A DNA stretch of 53,527 bases, filler included, from Sphacelaria rigidula (taxonomy: Eukaryota): assembly GCA_964200075.2 (NCBI GenBank). It is 5 parts of 5 records of this genome, joined end to end, with 100 filler letters (N's around TTAATTAATTAA, not from the genome) between each part and the next. Parts side by side here need not be neighbours in the genome. Positions count along the whole stretch, not along the records: positions 1 to 10,627 come from CAXNAA020006175.1; positions 10,728 to 21,352 come from CAXNAA020006176.1; 3 more parts are not named here. One strand, 5' to 3'. The translations under genes were made by a program, and so were the position numbers. Under the pieces are notes generated by a model. The model searched no databases and was not told the origin of the DNA. It worked only from the letters and a program-made list of their open reading frames with translations. Each line of letters begins with the position of its first letter. The first letter of the stretch is position 1. Positions 1 to 12,137 of this stretch are shown one piece after another.

Positions 1-62
<62 letters not shown>

Positions 63-75
63 TAATAATAATAAT
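1..75. repeat. (TAA)n microsatellite
   Basis: Near-perfect TAA trinucleotide run at the segment start. Confidence 0.95.
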
Positions 76-103
76 CGCGGGGTATTGGCGGATTTGGCCT
101 CCT

Positions 104-377
104 CGGAAAGATTTGCTCTATTTCTATTTTTCACGAGGATGCCAGCAAGGTTGTCCGATATTTCGTACTCCCAGTTTTCTCATGGCCGGATTTTGGGTTT
201 TTTCAGCCACCTGGAAAAACTTCGAGTTGTCGGGGGGAAGTACGTATTTTTCCCTACAAGTGGACGATTTTCGCGGCGACTGAAAAAATCCAAAATCCGG
301 CCAAGAGTAAAAGTGGGAGTACGAAAGATCGGACAAGCGCACTGGAATCCTCGTGAAAAATAGAGCAAATCTTTCCG
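104..377. repeat. ~270-bp imperfect foldback palindrome (MITE-like)
   Basis: CGGAAAGATTTGCTCTA at 104 is the reverse complement of TAGAGCAAATCTTTCCG ending at 377. Complementarity continues inward to a TACGTA centre near 241-246. Confidence 0.85.
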
Positions 378-758
378 TTCAAAAGGCAGTTCTCAGACAG
401 ATTTTTTTTCAGTCTATAGGAAGCGGCCCAAGACAGCGTGACCACCAGGGTGGGTCACCTGCTGAACCGGCATCATTTTCGCTTGAAAAATATGTGCAAG
501 ACCCAGATTACCCACCCTCGCGGTCACGGGTTTCGTAATGAAGCGAAGGGCACATGGGAGAGATGACCCACAGGGTAAGTCGAAGGGAAAGTATATGACA
601 AATATCCAGCGCACATGGACGAAGTTGCAAACAGTTCTCTAGAACAGTACAGGCGGGCAGTGCGGCACAGGACCGCAGAGATCGAGTTCTCTGAGTCGCA
701 AACCATTTTTGAAATTCAAACTTCTTCTTTTTCACATGTTCTTGGACGTTCGTGTGGA

Positions 759-1016
759 GAGTGATGCTACGGTAGGGGTGCACATTTTTTTCTGGGGTTG
801 GAATTATTAGCAGCCCTTCATCTCATCCAAAATGCGTCTCATGAAATCTGTGAGAGAACGCCAGGGTTACTATCCCAATATGCTAGGGACATATCGAATG
901 AATTTTTAAACAGGGATGCCCTGATCCATATTCCTGTCATCTAGAATCGTTAGGAGCCCCTCAACCAGACAAGATTTGGCGCAAAAAGTGCACCCCTACT
1001 GTTGTAGCATTGCTCT
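759..1016. mobile_element. Short non-autonomous TIR element (MITE)
   Basis: Left end GAGTGATGCTACGGTAGGGGTGCAC and right end GTGCACCCCTACTGTTGTAGCATTGCTC are imperfect inverted repeats. The interior is non-coding. Confidence 0.6.
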
Positions 1017-1663
1017 GAAGTGGGCATACCTTCTTGTTCTTCCTTTTCGGCATGATTGGCAGCGCTGTCACAGAGCCAGCAGGGTCAACGTTCTTCAGAA
1101 ATGAAGACAGACAAACCGTGGTGGCGTGGCAACCCCAGTACTGCACACGTGCAGTGATATGTACACCGGCATGCGCAAGTTTTTTCCTTCTTCACTAGCG
1201 ACGCCATATTTGCCTCCATGTCAAGACCCGCGACAGAACGGACCGAATACTACTCTACTTGTCTACACTGTCGTAAAATGTGCGCACGACATATCATGGT
1301 AGTCGGAGATGCTTATTTCACTGTCTAATTGATGTTTCAGATAAAACAAGCAATACATTTTTCTCAGTAGATTGATGCCATACTTGATGTAGATTACAGC
1401 GGTCAGAGACTATGACCAGAGCTTCCGGTTTGGAATACGACACAACGTACAACTTTGTTCTCGAACTCAGCAACTGGAAACATCTCAGAGCACCAAAGGC
1501 CGCCGTGCCGCCGCCAATAGAGACACACCTGAGCCGTAGCAGATCGTTTTTCCACAGCAGCATCTTTCCGAAAAGCGTAGGGTTGTGAAGGAGGAATTTC
1601 GGGAGGCGAGAAAATATGTCAATGCTTTCGCAGGGCAACAGATTCGGCGCGCATCATGACGTG

Positions 1664-4600
1664 ATGTCGGCCAACCCTCAGGACGAAGCTGGTAAGGCTA
1701 GCCTACACGAGGAGATCAAGTCGCGGGCAAGGTGAGACGTGCAAGACCGTCTGGTACCGTGAAGGTCCAGGAGACAATGCGTCCCCAAACCAAATATTGT
1801 CTTGTGCAGGGTGCTACATCGCGGAGTTTCACAAAAACGGCGACAGGCGCGTGGTTTGGATGTGGAAATCCGAACAGTCCCACCTCGAGCTGTCACGTCT
1901 GGCCGGCTGCTGTGTGCGATGAGTTGCAGGCTGCAAGTAGTACACTGCTCCGGCGGCTCTGCCGCCGGCATAAGCAGATGGCAATACCTAGGTGCATCCA
2001 AGTGGTGGTGTGCATTGGTAGACATCGTAAAGGAGGAGTTGGCAATGTACTGGCCACTGCGGTTTCCCAATGCCTAGAAGCACAAACCAAACGTATATCT
2101 GATACCATCAGTTTGGTCGGTATGTGTTCCGCCGCGGGCTGTGCGAGTAGATCCCGCTCCCGGTGCACTGCACTGTCGGTACTCTCTTGCGGTCAGGGTC
2201 TGTTTCCGGGAGTATTTGATGTACTTGTCGTACCTTCTTGCGAGAAACAGTCGGGCAATCTGCTGTAGATGATGGGAGTACGACATCGCTGATGAACTTT
2301 CCCAACCTCGACTTTATTTTCTCGAAAAAAACTTACCTCGTTGGAGAAGATTCAGTCGAGATCTTCCGATCTTCCGATCTTTCGGCGAAATGGGGGAAAA
2401 GTCAACGGGGGAGCACGAAGAAAACGTTGATCGTCGGAGGAAACCCAAACTAATCTCCGGCAGCGTTGAGACTCGTTTCTGGGGGTGTTTTGTTGGGTCG
2501 CCTACGCGTACCTCTCCTTCAAGCCGTGTTCTAACGAAACAAGAAAAATGAGAGCGGTTTCGTGGGAGTGACGGTGAAATGACGGTTCACAGCTTCCACT
2601 GTTGTCACGAGAAGTGAGGCGCCCTTCCCGTCGATGAGGAAATTGTTGTGTACTGAAAATACAGCGAGCGTAACAACGTGCAAACAGGCTAACGACTTCT
2701 AGCAGGGCGGCAATTACGCGCGAGTTATAAGGGCATCGTCGCAGGTCGAAACGTGAACCGCCTCCCGCACAAGAAGGAAAAAAAGCAGTAGCAGCAGCAG
2801 CAGCAGCAGCAAATTTACTAGCAGCTCATGTATTATGGTCGGGGGTGGGCTGAATCAGCCGGTGCTGATACTGCTGCAGCTGCTGCAGCTACTCTTCCTC
2901 GAGCGAGAGACGGTCGGCGTTTCGACCGTGCGACAACGCCGACGCATCTTGCGCGTGATTTCCACCCTGCTGGGAATAGCTGTACGCATTTCCGTTTGTG
3001 AGCTGTGCACGTCGGGTGTGTATCCCACTCGGATCGCTACTGCTGGTCATGGGAGCCGTGCGCCCCATGATGAGCCGAACAGCCCACACCTTGCACCCAT
3101 GTGACGCTCCTCTTCGCATGCTCACGCGAATACTCATTCGCTCTCGGGAACGTTAATTTTCAAATTATTATTTTTCGTGGGAGTGACTTCGGGGGTGATG
3201 ACAATCTGCCACCAACTTACGAACAATCGGAAACACACAAAAAAAATCCAAAACCGTCAGAATGACCACTCTTACGTCGCGTTCTCACTTTTCTGATCTC
3301 GTTGAAACTGACCCTCAGAAGACAAGCAAACAGCAGCACCGTAAACTGCTGAGTATTCGACACCGTGGACAGTATGTGATCGATAGTTGCAGTAGAAAGA
3401 AGTGTACTGCACAACGTATATGCACACTGCAACTGTTTGTCGGGTGATCGATACTTGCAATTATACACTACTCTGAAAAGTGCCAAAACAGTTGCAATTT
3501 AGGGCTCTGAATACCTCAGTAATGCTGGTTCTGGCACTACTGACGACCGTGCGTCTGTACAGTGCTACGCTTGCCCTTCGTGGGACCACCGGAAGGACAA
3601 AACGGACGACGGCCTTCGTATACAGGGGTTTCGATAGGATACGTCACGTAAGGTTTTGGGGTAGCAGAACTAAACCCGATGTGTTTTTGTTTTTCACTTT
3701 CAACTTGATTGATCCTGTTCACAGGTTGATCATTTCCTTCCCTACTAGCATTTCTTTCTGTGCTTTGCTTGTGTTGACTTTTCTATTACTTCTTTTTGTC
3801 ACGACTTGGTCTGCTATGCCGTTTTGTTCAACCTCTCTTTCTTTTTTTTCTGTTCGTTCTTTTTTTCTCAGAGCGTGTTTCATCTTCGTTTTTCTTTGGT
3901 ACATCTATCATGAGACCACGGCTCGATCCCTGGGGGGTCAGTTAAAGTGCGACAATCAATCAAAACTAGCACAACAGCAGCAGTACGGCCACCAAAGTTG
4001 CTCATGCCGAAAGACCTTCCCGACAAGAAAAACAAGGACACATCTGCACCCAACGCAACTATGAAGGTGCGGGGTCTGGTGTGCAAAAAAACTCACGAAA
4101 GAGTACACCGCCCACCAAAACGAGTGAGCGAGGAAGAATGAACCACACCCCTTTTCAGTTCCTACCGGCTACCGAGACAAGGAGAGAGAGAAACAAACGA
4201 CCTCGAAAAAAAGACAGGCACAGTTCACCTTCCGCACAAGGCATGTTGTGTCCCTACGTCGCAAGGTCTGCACCAGCACGTACCCTGCTGTACCCCTACT
4301 GGTGCTTGGTTGGTGGGGGGTAAGGCGTGCGTGAGTGTGTCCGGAACCGGCACTACTGAGGATCATCTGTCAGTAGTGCCGGGCGGCACTACTGCGAGCT
4401 CTGGCTGTGTCCGAATATTCTACCGGCATTACATGGGTCGTTGGCACCATTTAACCGACACTTCTGAGAGCCCCCCACTGTACATTTTTTCTATTGGAGC
4501 AATTGACCACATATTGTCATATGTGCTGTCGATAGTACATTACCGCGTGTGTCGACCTGTGGGCCACGAAGAACCCGCAAACTATGAAAGGCACGATTGG

Positions 4601-7600
4601 AGTATGACGATGCGGCACGTTTGTCCCCGTGGTACGTCCATTCATCACCGGTGCAGTTACCCAGATGCCGTGCAACAGCCCTTGAGAGAAGCGTTGGTGT
4701 ATTCTGCATGATCACATCTTCCGGAAAGTGCCTGTTATACTCATTCTGGAGGGGCGATTTGAGATATTTCAGCACAACACAGCGATGGTGGTGTTTGCAG
4801 AATAACGTAAGCAGAAAACCACCCGCCCGTTGCTATGCAATATTATTCCGAGTATGATCTATACAAATTTCTTGTCTTTGCTTGCGCTCTATCGCCCATT
4901 CACATATCCCCTTGACTTCACGCTGCTTTGCTGCCAGCTGCATAAGTTTTCTGATTTTTCCACGGCCATGTCCGACAACTTCATAGTCTTGGTTCTCACG
5001 CCTCCTACAGCTCAGTGCGGAAAATGACCACAACTCGGAGTCTATTCCTACGACTAGATTCAGAAATGACCGCAACTCAGAGTCGAGTCCTACGACTCAG
5101 GGCCACAGTCGTCTGACGTTTGGTTTTATCATATCAACTTCTCAAACTGATGTGGGCGAAACGGTACATATACACTTGAGTCTTACTCTATTATGCATCG
5201 ACCTGTGGGTGAACTATCATGCTCCCTTGTATTCAACCAATCTTGCATATATCTGCCGTCACAAGCACACTATCAGTATGTACAGATGCTGTATTGGTCA
5301 ACGTATAATCGTGGCCTTTGGATCTGCGGCCTTGAGCGAAGGGAACATTTTCTTCACCTTTCGTCAAGCATAATGCCTACAAGATAAGCCCTCAGTTCTT
5401 TTGAACGTGACGAAACATGCGAATCCGTCATGATTTCAAGCCTTCGGCCTTGTCGGGATGAGTTCACAGTCTCGAGAGATCGACCAATCTCTCACCCGGT
5501 ACATGCCTGACATTTTGGTGTAGTGTGACGGATTGGATCATGACTACTCCCGCATGGCGTTGACTCTCGCCGAGTTTTATTTCTTTCTTGACTTGGTCAA
5601 GTTTTCAAGGACGGAAACCAGATCCCTCTCGTGAAGGAAAGGAAGATGCATTTATCGGGTTTGAAACCATGAACGTTCCGCTGATAGATGTACCTATTGG
5701 ATCGCCCGGGCACGAATGATGTACAGGGGTCAAAGTTCGAATTTTTTATTGATAGCGATTTTTTCAGGTTTCTCGGTTAGCATGACTCCTCACGATTTCT
5801 GTTTGATCCCAAACTCTGAGAATCGAGGCATGAGTATCCGACACAAATGATGACATGGAAAAATGCACGACCGATTTTGAATGAGACATAGGCTCACCGG
5901 TCTTCGGGGGTTTTACGATTGTACAGCCCCCGGTTCTCGCTCTTTGATATCTGACAGAACAGATGCGGATCGTTACAACGGTTACTGTTTTAATGGCTTC
6001 AGTGCTTCTATTTTCCCGATATCCACTGCGCTACAGCCGAAAACATGTGTTTTGGATCATACGCGGCAAATAACACCTCCCTCAATCAGCGGGGTTTTAC
6101 TCCATATCGCCCCGACAAAACAAAACTGGGAAATGTGTCCTTGCCACCTTCTTTTCCTTCCAGCGTCTCCCGACTCTCAAACTCTCGAGTGAAGAGGACA
6201 AATACTCTGTGGAAACATCGAGATTGAGGGGAAACCGTACAGAATGTTCGACTGCTGTACATCATAACAAGTCTACCTGCCCGGTGGGGTCGTGAAGGAG
6301 CTAGAATCGACAGTACACCCCCCCCCCCCCTCCTGTGCGCGCTCGCCCCGGTTCACGATGCATCCACGCGATTTTGGCATGGGTGCCTTGGCGTTCTTAC
6401 TAGAGTGCCCCTCTTGTCGCACGGTGAAGTTGATGTATACCGTGCAAACGTCTTCTGATTGCGCTGTGATGAATAACTGTCAAGTTATGGTAGTGCTGCG
6501 CTGAGTACATCGCCTGTCAGGATCAGCGCTCGAGACAGTGCTCCCGATGTTCATGCTGCCATCTTGTTCGTTCCCATTGATTCAGGGCGGAGTTCGGGCG
6601 GAACAACCTCCCGCAGGCAGAGATGCTGTACGCCAAGGGTATCGAGGTGAAGCCTGATGACGCTACTCTGCACAGGTGGGTGACGCAGCCCAGAACAGAG
6701 CGGATCCTGCCGCAAGTATTTACCGGAAAATTGAGCGTATCGTCGACGTACCCACCCATCACCTTGAAACCGTTGGACACATACCGCAAATAGGTGATCG
6801 CGATGGGGTATGTTTTCGACTTGTTCCACCCTGGACAATATGGGGTTGATGGTTGCAATGGAAAAAAATATACTGCGTAAAGTATGGTATATTGCAACAC
6901 GCAGCCCAGAACAGCGCGGATCCTGCCGCAAGTATTCACCGGAAAATTGAGCGTATCGTCGACGTACCCACCCATCACCTTGAAACCGTTGGACACATCC
7001 CGCAAATAGGTGATCGCGATGGGGAATGTTTTCGAATTGTTCTACCCTGGACAATATGGGGTTGATGGTTGCAACGGAAAAAAATATACTGCGTAAAGTA
7101 TGGTATATTGCAACGAATGCACACCTTGAACAATGTTTGGTCAATCGTTGCAAAAGAAAAATGCACCGCGTAAAATATAGGCCTATCGTAACTGTTGTGG
7201 GCCTGCAGTAGTTGCAGTAAGCCTATACTGTATGTGGTATATTTTTTATTTATTGCAACTGTTGACCATATTTTATGTACAGAGTGTGAAGTAACGTTAG
7301 ACCGACAACAAGCGCAGTAGGGCTATACATTACACAGTACAATAATTTTCTATTGCATCCAACTACAACAGCATTGGCCACGTTTTGTCCAGGGTATGGA
7401 ATTATTACGAATATACGCGACACGCTCCTCAGCTGTCTGAAGTTCTGTTGTTGCATTGCTGACAGTCTTAGACGAGCTCGTATGCCGCGCACCCGCATTC
7501 GTTGCTGGCTGCCATGCACCCGTCTCTACGTGTTAGCTACACGTTCGCTGAATCAAGCTTGATTGATCAAGCGAGGCCTCTGCCGACAAGTTCCATTTTC

Positions 7601-8420
7601 AGTTTGAAAAAAAAAGACTCTCTCTTCGCTATACAGGGCTCTTCGTACCAACAGCACCGTGACCCCGTCAGTTTCTCTTTACATCACGCCGCTGCCGCTT
7701 CTGCTTGTGTGACTTTAATTATCCTAGTAACTTAGCCGCCGTCCGCCTGGGTCTGAACCAGCCGGGGGCGGCGTTGAAAAACTCTGAGGAGGCGATCCGT
7801 CTCGATGCCTCATACGCCAAGGGTCATTACAGAAAGGGGCAAGCTCTGATGTCACTCTCCAGGCCTGGAGAAGCCGCAGACGCGTTTCGAGCAGGCGCTG
7901 CACTCGAACCACAAAGCAAGCTCTGGCCCCCACTGGTGGCGAAGGCCGTTCAAGCGGCCGAAGACTTGGCGAAGGCGGAGAAGGAGGCACCGACAAACAG
8001 CGGGGCAGCCACCACCGCCGCCTCGAAAAACGTGGTCGTGACCAAGACTACCAGCGCGGCGGATAAAACGCCTGCCTCACTTGCCGCAAGTAGTGGCAGC
8101 AGTAGTAGTAACGGCAGCGGCCGCAAAGCGGCAGCTTCGTCGGCGGGCGGTGGAGGAGATTCGGACATGAAGGGGTACAAGAAGACGGCGGATGGAAGGG
8201 TGACAACCTACTTCCACAATGAGCTGTCGGAGGAGGCAAAAGCCCTGATTGGAGATATTGCCCCGAAACGACTGGACCCGTCTGCTGCTGCGGGAGCGAC
8301 CGAAGGGGGCCTTGGCGGCGGCGACGCCGCCAATCGATCAGCTGATGGGGCGGTGGGGGCCGTAAAAGAAGCAAGTGCGTGGAACAAGGCTGGCACTTGG
8401 GAGTCGCGAGATATGACCAG
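1664..8420 (+). CDS. TPR-repeat protein with start of an Aha1 N-terminal-like domain (putative Hsp90 co-chaperone); 5' exons only, 3' end not found in the segment
   Basis: Three exons join in phase with GT-AG sites. 1664-1731 gives MSANPQDEAGKASLHEEIKSRA-R. 6586-6675 gives AEFGRNNLPQAEMLYAKGIEVKPDDATLH-S. 7728-8420 gives NLAAVRLGLNQPGAALKNSEEAIRLDASYAKGHYRKGQALMSL...GYKKTADGRVTTYFHNEL...SAWNKAGTWESRDMT. This is three TPR-like helix pairs plus a WN.aGTWE.kD motif resembling the Aha1_N start. Confidence 0.88.
2785..2811. repeat. (CAG)n microsatellite in intron
   Basis: GCAGTAGCAGCAGCAGCAGCAGCAGCA. Confidence 0.85.
3750..3963 (+). mobile_element. 3' end of a non-LTR retroelement (LINE/SINE) with (AATC)n tail, copy 1
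   Basis: T-rich body ending CATGAGACCACGGCT...GGGGGGTCAGTTAAAGTGCGACAATCAATCAA. Homologous ends lie on the minus strand at ~10847-10950 and ~34091-34352. Confidence 0.65.
6683..7114 (+). repeat. Tandem duplication, 2 x ~216 bp
   Basis: ACGCAGCCCAGAACAG...GGTATATTGCAAC starts at 6683 and again at 6899, with few mismatches. Confidence 0.95.
7045..7393. mobile_element. MITE with (CA)CCCTGGACAA / TTGTCCAGGG(TG) termini
   Basis: Inverted termini at ~7045 and ~7393. The same terminus occurs at ~6827, ~8986/9117, ~42296 and ~46602. Confidence 0.6.
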
Positions 8421-9194
8421 GTGAAATATACTGCGCTCGGTCTGATGAAGCGCGCGACGGACGCGCTGGGCGCCAGATCTTACACCGTCCGCTCGAGCAC
8501 ATCCCGAGGTCATGAAGGGGTACGGAGCGTCACACCAACAATAGTCGGGAATTTATGGTGTGTTCTTAGTTCGTTCGATGCGCGGTGGGCTCTCGTTGAG
8601 TCTCGTCGAGACCTGTCACATAACGGGAGTGAAGGCGTCTCGTTCTCGAGAAACGTCGAGAGGTCGAAAACCTCCTTGCCGTCGGATTGCACCCCGTCAA
8701 CTGCGGGTGAACATTTGAAAAAAGGGTGTACGCGTGCGTGGAGTTAGTTCACCCGCTTTTGCAAAAGGGTCAAGACGTGCTTTTTTATTGTACGAAGAAG
8801 CGCAAAGTATTATTTCTGCTGTGCTACAAACCACGGCATCGCACGTGTGTGACCACTAGTTGTACTGCGAACCCCTGAAACGACGGCTGCAACCAAATTT
8901 TATTGTGCCACGTATCGCCGGAGTTGAAGTCGTGATCATGTAGATCTATTTTTCGGGGCCGTCGTGCTTGCTCCTTGATTTTGCACACCCTGGACAATGA
9001 ATCACGTTGTCGGAAAATGTACTGGATACAGCATAGGTTCTATTGTGTATTGCAAATGACGCAATAGTCGATACTGTACGCAGTACAATCTTTGCTCAAG
9101 CAATCTGTTGTCCAGGGCCTGCAAGGGTCGGACAAATGACGAATGATCCAAGGGTCGGGCAAATGAATGTTACATGATTCGTCTGCAAAGGACT

Positions 9195-9600
9195 TGATTT
9201 AAGTGTAATTGATTCGTACCGTACGAATATATCCTGCAGGCTTTGTTTTCAGCGTTGCAACCCGGGTACGCGCAGCCCAGGCACGTGAAATGGCGCAAAA
9301 AATGCGTGTAGACGCCTTTTGACCAGCGGTCAACTTCCCCTCCCCCCTTTTCTGAGCAATCAGGCCTGAAGAATCGCGCGTTTCGTGATTTGAACCGGCG
9401 ATGATTCGTCCGAACCGTGGAATGATTCCTCTGAAAGTGACTTGATTTTATCGCAATTGGTTCGTGCCGTATGTTATGTAATCGATTCGTACCGTACGAA
9501 TCAATCATTGGACTTCGTTTTCAGCGTCGCACCCCAGATACGTGTACCCCAGGCACGTGGAATACCGCGAAGATTGCGTGGAGACGTTTCTGACCAACGC
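9195..9600 (+). repeat. Diverged direct repeat, period ~273 bp
   Basis: GATTCGTACCGTACGAAT...GTTTTCAGCGT...CCCAGGCACGTG occurs at 9211 and 9484. Confidence 0.7.
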
Positions 9601-10627
9601 CCATCTTCCTTCTCTCTTTCGAGCAATAATAGTGTTGTTCCTTTCAATAACATGAAGACAGTATTTTTGGAGATTAGGCGCTCCCATTACAGCACACCTG
9701 GCATCTGATGATGCTGAAAGTTCACGTATATGTGGGTTGAAGCCGGATATTGTTTTGGTGAAATGCTTCCACGTGAGGATATTTACCTTTCCCTGACAGG
9801 TGCATGATCGCCCCTTTCGGAGTTTTCACTTGGTTCCAGAATAGGAAAGAGTTCCAGTCTAGCACTTTTTCACTGATGGATCGTGGGTATTCTAGCCCTG
9901 CCCAGGCGTGGTTCGCATCGTACAGTCAGTACTTCAGTACTCGTTGTCCTGCCACTCGGAACACACAGTGTCAACTTCGTCGGGTATTGCCGTGGCGGGA
10001 TGAATATCGTGCAATAAACGCCCCCCCTCTTCCGCAGTGATACGCACCCTTTCCCATCCGCCTGTCAAATGCGCAGTGACTGGTCTGTAGCGCCAGGTAT
10101 CCTTGCTGATGTAGATACCTCTCTTCCAAGGACGTATATTTCAGGCCTTAGAGCATGACCGTCTCCAATTGACGCTGCGGATGATGAATTGTGATCACTG
10201 TGAAATGCCTCCATACCATTGAAAAGGAACAACACTGATGAGGGCTAAGAAATAGTACTTTTGGGGATTTCAAGCAGTGATGATCCGCCCCACCCTTGGA
10301 AACCAGCACACTTTCATTTCACACGCCTCGGCTTGTTGGACTGTTTACACTCGGGTACAGAAGGAGTTGTGTTTTGTGTATGCTCTGTTCGTTGATACTC
10401 CGGTCACGTCATGTGATTGACTGCGAGCCTGGTCCGGCGAAAACCCGGCGTGCTCTGTTCCGGCCTGGTAGAAATCCGAGGTCAGTGGTCATATGACCAT
10501 GACATGCAAGATCATGAGTACACCCCCCCGCCACATTATGGAATGGTCGAACGAATAAGGCAGGCAACAAATGAGTACCCCCCCCCCCCCCCCCCCACCC
10601 CCCCCCAACCCCTCCGGTCACAACCAC

Positions 10628-10727
10628 NNNNNNNNNNNNNNNNNNNNNNNNNNNNNNNNNNNNNNNNNNNNTTAATTAATTAANNNNNNNNNNNNNNNNN
10701 NNNNNNNNNNNNNNNNNNNNNNNNNNN
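10628..10727. other. Artificial contig spacer N44-TTAATTAATTAA-N44
   Basis: 100-nt spacer whose 12-mer has stops in all six frames. Confidence 0.98.
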
Positions 10728-10846
10728 TTTGTTTCTGTTTAGTATCACCTCGCTCACCCCACCCCCCTCTACACTCCTTTCAATTTCAACATCCCCCTCC
10801 CACCCCCCCCCCCCCCCTCCCCCCTCGCCGTGCGGTTTTTTTTTTA

Positions 10847-10950
10847 ATGATTGATTGTCGCAATTTAACTCACCCCCAAGGGGTCCAGCTGTGGTCTCAT
10901 GATAGACGTACGCACGAAAAACGAAACTGAAACACGCTCTGAGTAAAAAC
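10847..10950 (-). mobile_element. 3' end of the (AATC)n-tailed retroelement, copy 2
   Basis: TGATTGATTGTCGCAATTTAACTCACCCCCAAGGGGTCCAGCTGTGGTCTCATG is the reverse complement of the 3900-3963 end. Confidence 0.65.
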
Positions 10951-11109
10951 AAAGTATGGTTAGTTACAATTGGGTTGCCGCTATGCGATTGCGGTGGAGG
11001 TTGCGCTCGCCATTCTATCGGGCAACGTGAGGGTGCCCAAGGGCTCGCTGGGGCCAATTTGCGAACGCTACGGTGTTGGCCTCCCGTACCGGACGAAATT
11101 GTGGGAAAA

Positions 11110-11410
11110 CGCATAAGAAAAAAGTGGTCTGTCCAGGAAATTCCCGGTCGTCTTATCCACCTGATCGCCGATGAAGTCGATTCGGGGAAGCTTCTGAGCA
11201 GAGGGAAGGGAGGGATTGATGCGGCGAGCCACCTTCGCCGCCCCTTCTTTCTTAAACCACCGCCGCACGGTCTCCGTACCGTAATCCAGCCCCATGTCTT
11301 TCAACTGATCACGAACGTGCCGGAGGGTAAATGACCGATTCTGCTTGTTGACGTTTTTCAGCGCCCCAACCTTTGTTAGCGTGAGGAGCGACGGTCGTCC
11401 AGTCCGTGTG
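11110..11410 (-). pseudogene. Tc1/mariner transposase fragment (HTH-linker region)
   Basis: RTGRPSLLT...RSFTLRHVRDQL...GTETVRRWFKKEG...RRINPSLPSAQKLPRIDF matches the GRPR-like/HTH/(K)P.L...K..R..F pattern of Tc1/mariner transposases. No DDD/E domain is present. Confidence 0.7.
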
Positions 11411-12137
11411 CGGCGGTGATTCAAGAAAGAAGGGGCGGCGAAGGTGGCTCGCCGCATCAATCCCTTCATTTTCTCCTGCTCTGAAGCTTCGCCGAATCGA
11501 CTTCATCTACGATCAAGTGGACGAGACGACCGGGAATTTCCTGGACCGACGATTTATTTTTTCCGACACTTTTTTTGCCGCTGAGAAATGGGCGAAATAC
11601 GGCCGTCTTGAGGGTGTTTGATTTTTTTGCGCCCGTTCGGCCGCACAGTTCAGCATCGAGCTGCAAAAAAGAAGAGATGTGCCCTTAACTGAAGAAACAG
11701 CCGAGATATGAGAAAAACATCGAAAATCATATCGGACACGGGTAAGGGCTCGTACAAACACAACCGACCAGAGTTATGCGACAGAGGTGTACTCATTTAT
11801 ATATATATATATATTCCTGGATTGTGGCTCGCGACCGCACCATCTTGTTCTCAGAAAAAAGGAACAAATCCCACGTCGATAAGATCAACGGCGAGGAAGG
11901 GTGTCGCACCGACATTGGCGTCGAATCCATCTGACCCGACAGAGAGGGCTTGTTCTCTCTACTGTCACAAAAACAGTGACAGTCGGTAGAAACGCAGCAC
12001 TTGAGATGAGGACACGGACGCAGACACATGGGGAAGAAACTCGAGTATTTACAGAAAAAAAAAAAAGCACGAGGGTGTAAGTTGTAGCATAATTGACCCT
12101 TCTTTTTCCTTTCCCAAAAACAAGGGTATATTTATAT

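Noticed and set aside
2300..3215. 5' region of a minus-strand retroelement in intron 1
   Set aside because: Compositionally suggestive only. I recognised no LTR pair, PBS or protein motif.
9698..9746. Minimal hammerhead ribozyme (CTGATGA-tgct-GAAA with possible stems I and III)
   Set aside because: Stem II has no base pair, the cleavage-site base would be G (violating NUH), the stems rely on wobbles and mismatches, and there is no Penelope-like ORF nearby.
10672..10683. TTAATTAATTAA as a biological motif
   Set aside because: It sits inside N runs identically four times, so it is a synthetic linker.
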